38,393 nucleotides of DNA, from positions 1 to 38,393 of the IMG/VR virus record IMGVR_UViG_3300026299_000092. One strand, given 5' to 3'. The position numbers and the translations under genes are program-made. This document shows positions 33,780-38,393 of the stretch, one piece after another; positions within the stretch are counted from its first letter, which is position 1; every line of letters begins with the position of its first letter. The notes under the pieces were generated by a model. It was given only the letters and a program-made list of their open reading frames with translations. It was not told the origin of the DNA and did no database searches. The DNA is from a virus (lineage: Duplodnaviria > Caudoviricetes).

Positions 33780-36452
33780 ATGGCTGATCTCTGCACTCTT
33801 TCCGGCACCTTCTGCGACCCCGCCGGGTCGCCCTTCGGCGGCGCAAAGCTTGTCATCCGCCCGGTCTCGACCCAGCCCACCGTGCGGGAAGACGGCTCGA
33901 TCGTCGCGGCAGTGGCGGTTTCGAGTTTCGAGACGGCCGAGGATGGCGCGGTCACCATCGGTCTGGCGCCGGGTCTCTATCGCGGGTCCGCGACTGAAAG
34001 CGCCGGTGGTCGGTCATTCGCCTTTGATCTTGCGGTGCCCGATCTCCAGACAGCCCCGCTGGAAGACTACATCGGTCGCATCGATGTCGAGGTGCAGACC
34101 AGCGCGCAAAAGGCCCGCGATCAAGCGGTGCAGGCAGTTCAGGACGCTGCCGGCATCCGCGGGGCTGTCGAGCAGCTGTTCGAGGCGGCTGGCGGTGTAG
34201 TGAACGCGGTGGCCGAGGCGGCGGGCTCAGCAGCGGCAGCGGCGGGGTCGGCCGGGGCGGCTGCGGCGGCTGCGGCGGATGCCAATCAGGCCAAGGCCGG
34301 TGCCGAGACGGCAGCCGGTGCCGCCGCAGCTGATCGCGCATTGGCGCAGGCTGCTGCAGGGAGCGCACAGGCGTCCGCATTGACCTGCTCGACATGGGCA
34401 GTGCTGTCCGGCCTGACCGGCGCGACGGCGGGCACCGGGGCCGAGGTGCTGGATACGGATGCGGGCACCCATACCGATCCGGTGGTGGGTGGCACGGTCA
34501 GCAATGCCGGTCGCTATTCGTGGTCCGCCAGCCCTGCCGGGTGGCGGCGTATCGGAGCGACGGGGCTGTCGTCAAAGGCCCCTCTGGCAAGCCCGGCGCT
34601 GACCGGAACCCCGACCGCGCCGACTGCGGCGGCTGGCACCAACACCACACAGATTGCTACGACTGCTTTTGTGGCTCCGATTGCAGCCGGATTTGATTTG
34701 ATCACAGCGCAGGTCGGCAATCCGCTGGCTGCGGCATTTGTAGCAGAGACTACTGCCAACGGTCGGCACTCCATATACCGTGCGTCCGGTGCATTGGTTG
34801 TCGGCAACGGCTATCGTCTCACGGCAATCGTGCAGGGCGTTGGGCGCAATGCGGCGTTCTACAGCGCCTCGGGGCCGGATGTTCGCTGCCAATACAATTT
34901 GGAGACGGGTATTGCATCGACGCCGGGCGGCATTGCTACCCCTGCGATGGAATTGATCGGCCCAAACACTTGGCGGATCGTGGCCGAGTTTGTGGCAGCC
35001 GCGACCACGGCCAGCAACATGCAACTAAGCACCGTGTCTGGCACCAGTGAGAGTTTCGCTGGGTCAATCACCAAAGGTCTGCGGGTCGTCGCATTCAAAT
35101 TCGAGAACCTGACTGCCGGGGCCGCCATCTGGGCGTTCAGCGGCTACGGGGACGCGGGTTTCACACTCTCAAACGCGACCTCTGCGGCAGATACGACAGA
35201 TACGACGACGCTGCCGGTGGCTCTGAAATCGGTGACAGATCAGTTCGCTGACACCTATGCAGCGGTTTTCGGCAGCCAGACGATGACAAAACTGGTGGAG
35301 GCGGCTGACGCGACGGCTACTCCTACCATCCATACCTTGATGACGCCAGCGAATGGTGATGATTTTATGGTTAAGGTCGGCTGCAAGGCTGGAGAACGCA
35401 AGCGGTTGCGTATCTTTAACAATTCCCCCTCCATCGGCATGGACGCTATGTTCGATCTTAGGAACGGCACGGCGGCTCTGACGACTGGTGGGAGTGCTTC
35501 ACTGCGCCACATTGGTGTCGGGTGCTATGAGGCAATTGTAACTGTCACATCAACAGGAACGGTCAACGGCAACCTGCAACTGCAGATTTACCCCGATATC
35601 GGCGGTCAGCCATATGTTGGTGACGGCGCGTCTGGGCTGTTCATCCAGTATGTGGAGATTTGGAAAAACGGCGCTCTCGTGCAGCGGGCCACTGATCTCA
35701 GTGGGTGGGGTAAAATTGAGATTACGCCGGAGGCGAATGAGGGCGTTTGGCTGGGGATGCTCGACAGTTCATCGGAACCTGTCTCGGACGACCTGCCATT
35801 GCGAGGCAAAAAATTAAGCTTGGTCGGCACATCCCTAGTGGCACAAGGCCATCTGACCTCTGCTCTCGCGCTGGCTACAGGTGCGACGATCCAGCAACTC
35901 GGGTCCAGCGGCGGGGCGCTCGGTCTCGATGCTCGCGGTTCGCCGCACTACGGGAGCGGCGCGGTCACGGCCTTGTTCGGCACGATCAACTCCGACGCGG
36001 AGGTGATCGTGCTGGATATGTGCGTGAACGACATTGCAGCGAGTGATGTTCCGCTCGGGGTGGTCAGCGATACCACGACAGCCACCTATTATGGCGCGCT
36101 CGCCAATTTCTTCGCCTGGTGTGAGGCCAATCGACCGAATGCCGCAGTTTGTGTTGTCGTGCCAACTGCGGCCAGCCCCGCATATCCAGTGTCCGACTAT
36201 CGACACGGGGCCCCGAACGCCAATGGGGCCACGGTGGAGGATTTCCAGAACGCGACCCGCCGCGCGGCTCTCTACGCGGGCCGACCGTGCATCGACCCGA
36301 ACGCCTATGGCGTCGGGTATCTGGATATGGAGACTGGAGAGGCAACCAGTGACGGCCTGCATTGGGATGCTTCCGGCGCGGCCAAGATCGCAAAAATCTA
36401 CCACAAGCAGATGGTGGATTTTTGCGAGGCGGGATGGCTTACCCCGGCATGA
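33780..36452 (+). CDS. Tail fibre/spike with C-terminal SGNH/GDSL esterase domain
   Basis: N-terminal anchor, Ala-rich stalk, KAPLASPALTGTPTAPT...NTTQIATTAFV fibre motif, SGNH blocks VGTSL, SSG, VND, DGLHW. Confidence 0.85.
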   Translation: MADLCTLSGTFCDPAGSPFGGAKLVIRPVSTQPTVREDGSIVAAVAVSSFETAEDGAVTIGLAPGLYRGSATESAGGRSFAFDLAVPDLQTAPLEDYIGRIDVEVQTSAQKARDQAVQAVQDAAGIRGAVEQLFEAAGGVVNAVAEAAGSAAAAAGSAGAAAAAAADANQAKAGAETAAGAAAADRALAQAAAGSAQASALTCSTWAVLSGLTGATAGTGAEVLDTDAGTHTDPVVGGTVSNAGRYSWSASPAGWRRIGATGLSSKAPLASPALTGTPTAPTAAAGTNTTQIATTAFVAPIAAGFDLITAQVGNPLAAAFVAETTANGRHSIYRASGALVVGNGYRLTAIVQGVGRNAAFYSASGPDVRCQYNLETGIASTPGGIATPAMELIGPNTWRIVAEFVAAATTASNMQLSTVSGTSESFAGSITKGLRVVAFKFENLTAGAAIWAFSGYGDAGFTLSNATSAADTTDTTTLPVALKSVTDQFADTYAAVFGSQTMTKLVEAADATATPTIHTLMTPANGDDFMVKVGCKAGERKRLRIFNNSPSIGMDAMFDLRNGTAALTTGGSASLRHIGVGCYEAIVTVTSTGTVNGNLQLQIYPDIGGQPYVGDGASGLFIQYVEIWKNGALVQRATDLSGWGKIEITPEANEGVWLGMLDSSSEPVSDDLPLRGKKLSLVGTSLVAQGHLTSALALATGATIQQLGSSGGALGLDARGSPHYGSGAVTALFGTINSDAEVIVLDMCVNDIAASDVPLGVVSDTTTATYYGALANFFAWCEANRPNAAVCVVVPTAASPAYPVSDYRHGAPNANGATVEDFQNATRRAALYAGRPCIDPNAYGVGYLDMETGEATSDGLHWDASGAAKIAKIYHKQMVDFCEAGWLTPA

Positions 36453-36573
36453 CGGCCCAGTTCCACATCAAAATTATGGGCGTAGGTCAGAAGGAAAATG
36501 CTAGTGGTATTCCCAGTGTCATAGGGGAGAATCGTAGGGTGCAGGGATTTTACAACGTAAAGCTGGGGACGGC

Positions 36574-37728
36574 ATGAACAGTTCCAAGCATGTCGCGGGT
36601 GACGAGGAGTCGTTGGCGCATCATATTCGGTCCATAGATGTAGACGGGGTCGACTACCTCGGCGAGAATCTGGGACCTCTGAAGCGTTTGAAAATGACCT
36701 TTGAACCAGGCGTAACGGTCATAGTTGGCAAGAACGGAGTGGGCAAAACGTCGTTACTCAAAACCCTCCGCAATGCCAACTCCGCTAGTGGTCGGGGGAT
36801 AACGAAGCCAGGTCATATCATGACCGATGAAGAACGCGCAGTCGAAACACGTGGATTGTTCGGCTATCACATCGAGACCTCGGAGAAATTTGGTGGTGAA
36901 GTGGTCTTCGCTGGCCTCCGAGGCATGGAGGGAAATAGCCCACGGTTTCGTGGAAACGCCCCACACACTCACGAGCGAATGCTGGAAGCCTTGAGGGGGC
37001 TGCTCCGTGACAGGTTCACCCGACATAAGGATCTAGTCTGGAGGACAAAAAGTTTCGATCACAGAGATCTTGTTGTTGAACAGCTCAAAGAAGCACTGCT
37101 AAACGCCCCCCTTCTGAAGGAAGTGAAGCTCCGTGTTGAGCTCGATATGGAGACCTCTGAGGTCTCGCTTCAGAAAGAGGGGCGCGCGGTAAAGTACGAA
37201 ATCCTATCATCGGGTGAAAAGATCATTCTTGACCTGATTGTCGGGCTTCACCTTGCGCTTGTTCGCGACGATTACATCGGGAGCGAAGAAGAGGTCTTCT
37301 TGATTGACGAAATCGAGGGTCACCTTCACCCTGCCTGGCAGCGCAAAATCATTCCATTGCTAAGGCGGTCATTTCCCAAGGCCCAGTTCATCGTAACAAC
37401 TCACTCACCTCAAGTGGTTGGCAGCGTTGATGCTCGCTGCGTTCGTGTTCTGACACTCGACAGCGATGGCTTCAGCCAAGTGACTACCCCGCTCGCAACC
37501 AAGGGGCTCGACAGTAACTTCATTCTCGAAGCACTAATGGAGTCGGAGGAGCGTGACCCAGGTGCAGCGGACGCAATACGCGACTTTTCCAACGCAGTTT
37601 CTGCCCAAGACTGGAGTCGTGCAGCAGACATCCTCGAACAGATCGAACTCGATTATGAAGCTGACGATGTAACAGTACCGCAGCTGCGCGTGCGGTTGGA
37701 ACTGGCGAAGCGGCGGAGTGCGCGATGA
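36574..37728 (+). CDS. ABC/AAA ATPase, PtuA-like
   Basis: Walker A GKNGVGKT, signature LSSGEK, Walker B/D-loop LIDEIEGHLHP.WQ, H-loop QFIVTTHSP. Confidence 0.88.
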   Translation: MNSSKHVAGDEESLAHHIRSIDVDGVDYLGENLGPLKRLKMTFEPGVTVIVGKNGVGKTSLLKTLRNANSASGRGITKPGHIMTDEERAVETRGLFGYHIETSEKFGGEVVFAGLRGMEGNSPRFRGNAPHTHERMLEALRGLLRDRFTRHKDLVWRTKSFDHRDLVVEQLKEALLNAPLLKEVKLRVELDMETSEVSLQKEGRAVKYEILSSGEKIILDLIVGLHLALVRDDYIGSEEEVFLIDEIEGHLHPAWQRKIIPLLRRSFPKAQFIVTTHSPQVVGSVDARCVRVLTLDSDGFSQVTTPLATKGLDSNFILEALMESEERDPGAADAIRDFSNAVSAQDWSRAADILEQIELDYEADDVTVPQLRVRLELAKRRSAR

Positions 37729-38393
37729 GGGGGAGTATCAAGGGACCAGAACCGGAGGTCCTCGCAGCGTGGCTTGTTGAAAATAACAACGGGGAAGGTG
37801 TTTCGTGGGGGGGGTTCCATGTCAAAGCTGCGGTTGCCGATGAACTCTTCAAGGAACAGTTCGGGCTATGCGTATACTGTGGTCGTTCACTAAAGCGCGG
37901 TTACGACAATATGGGGCGGCCCGTCAGTCATATTGAGCACTTCCGACCACAAGCGAAATATGAGCAGTTGAGGTTTGCCTACGGAAACCTGTTTCTGAGT
38001 TGCGGTGAGAGCTACGTAGACGGAGAACAGCCCAGTTCTTGGATTTGTGGAAAGGCAAAGCACGATTGGTTTGACGAAGCTTTTCACGTCTACCCGGACC
38101 AAGTAGGCTGCTCATCAACGTTCGTGCATCGACCAGATGGCTTCGTCGCCATGCGCGGCGAGAACCCATCGGCTGCCGCTATGATCGCAGTGCTGAACCT
38201 TAATGACCCACAGCTAAGAGCTATCCGAAGTGCTCTATGTACCGGTATCGAGCAAGAGATCGCGACAGCGTATGCTGCGGGTGAGGGCGATTACATCTTA
38301 GATGACTTGATACAGGTTTGGTCTGGCGTTGACGCCGAAGGCAGGATGAAATCGTTCTCGCATGTGGCTTGCGAGTATCTTGCGGGGTTATGA
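37725..38393 (+). CDS. HNH endonuclease, PtuB / retron-associated type
   Basis: EQ.GLC.YC, HIEHF.P, Y.NL.LSC, CG..K, I..LNLN motifs; ATGA-coupled to the ATPase. Confidence 0.88.
   Translation: MRGSIKGPEPEVLAAWLVENNNGEGVSWGGFHVKAAVADELFKEQFGLCVYCGRSLKRGYDNMGRPVSHIEHFRPQAKYEQLRFAYGNLFLSCGESYVDGEQPSSWICGKAKHDWFDEAFHVYPDQVGCSSTFVHRPDGFVAMRGENPSAAAMIAVLNLNDPQLRAIRSALCTGIEQEIATAYAAGEGDYILDDLIQVWSGVDAEGRMKSFSHVACEYLAGL

Larger units (their letters stand above)
1..38393 (+). mobile_element. Mu-like transposable prophage (siphovirus-type tail), ends outside the window
   Basis: Syntenic set repressor-ner-A-B...gemA-mor-lysis-terminase-portal-F-I-T-tail with no obvious broken genes. Confidence 0.95.

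Noticed and set aside
34200..34380. GCN-rich repetitive DNA
   Set aside because: Encodes the Ala-rich stalk of the tail fibre; not a repeat array or CRISPR.
33780..36452. Invertible segment or diversity-generating retroelement for host-range switching
   Set aside because: No invertase, RT, inverted fibre copy or TR/VR repeat pair seen.
36453..36573. Possible retron msr-msd ncRNA upstream of the ATPase (CCCAGTT...AGCTGGG inverted repeat)
   Set aside because: Only a 7-bp pairing including a G:U, no long msd hairpin and no RT gene in the window. More likely a promoter region.
1..38393. Mu termini (TG...CA with MuA binding repeats and 5-bp target duplication)
   Set aside because: Both window edges coincide with stop codons and no convincing end repeats were seen.

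Overview
The window is almost entirely one Mu-like transposable prophage with a long non-contractile (siphovirus-type) tail. Its gene content and high GC suggest a Rhodobacteraceae host with an RcapMu-like layout (inference). Order: leftward immunity operon (S24 repressor, YbjQ-like gene); rightward early operon (Ner-like, ParB-like, MuA, MuB, DUF3164, GemA, MT-A70 methyltransferase, Mor/C-like activator); lysis genes; terminases; portal; MuF; protease/scaffold; major capsid; a tRNA-Met(CAT); neck and tail genes with a -1 frameshift; a tail fibre ending in an SGNH esterase; and a lower-GC ABC-ATPase + HNH pair (Septu/PtuAB-like). The prophage ends are not visible. Most notable: (1) MuF has a C-terminal JAB/MPN-like domain followed by a coupled 60-aa ORF, a candidate virion-delivered effector/immunity pair; (2) the tRNA-Met mixes initiator and elongator features and is followed by a structured RNA ending in an ACCA minihelix; (3) an orphan TAXI-type solute-binding protein lies between the terminase genes; (4) a PagP-like beta-barrel gene lies in the tail operon; (5) an antisense gene is nested in two coupled early ORFs; (6) a 25-bp motif is shared by the two late promoter regions. 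All family calls come from motif recognition by eye, not database searches.
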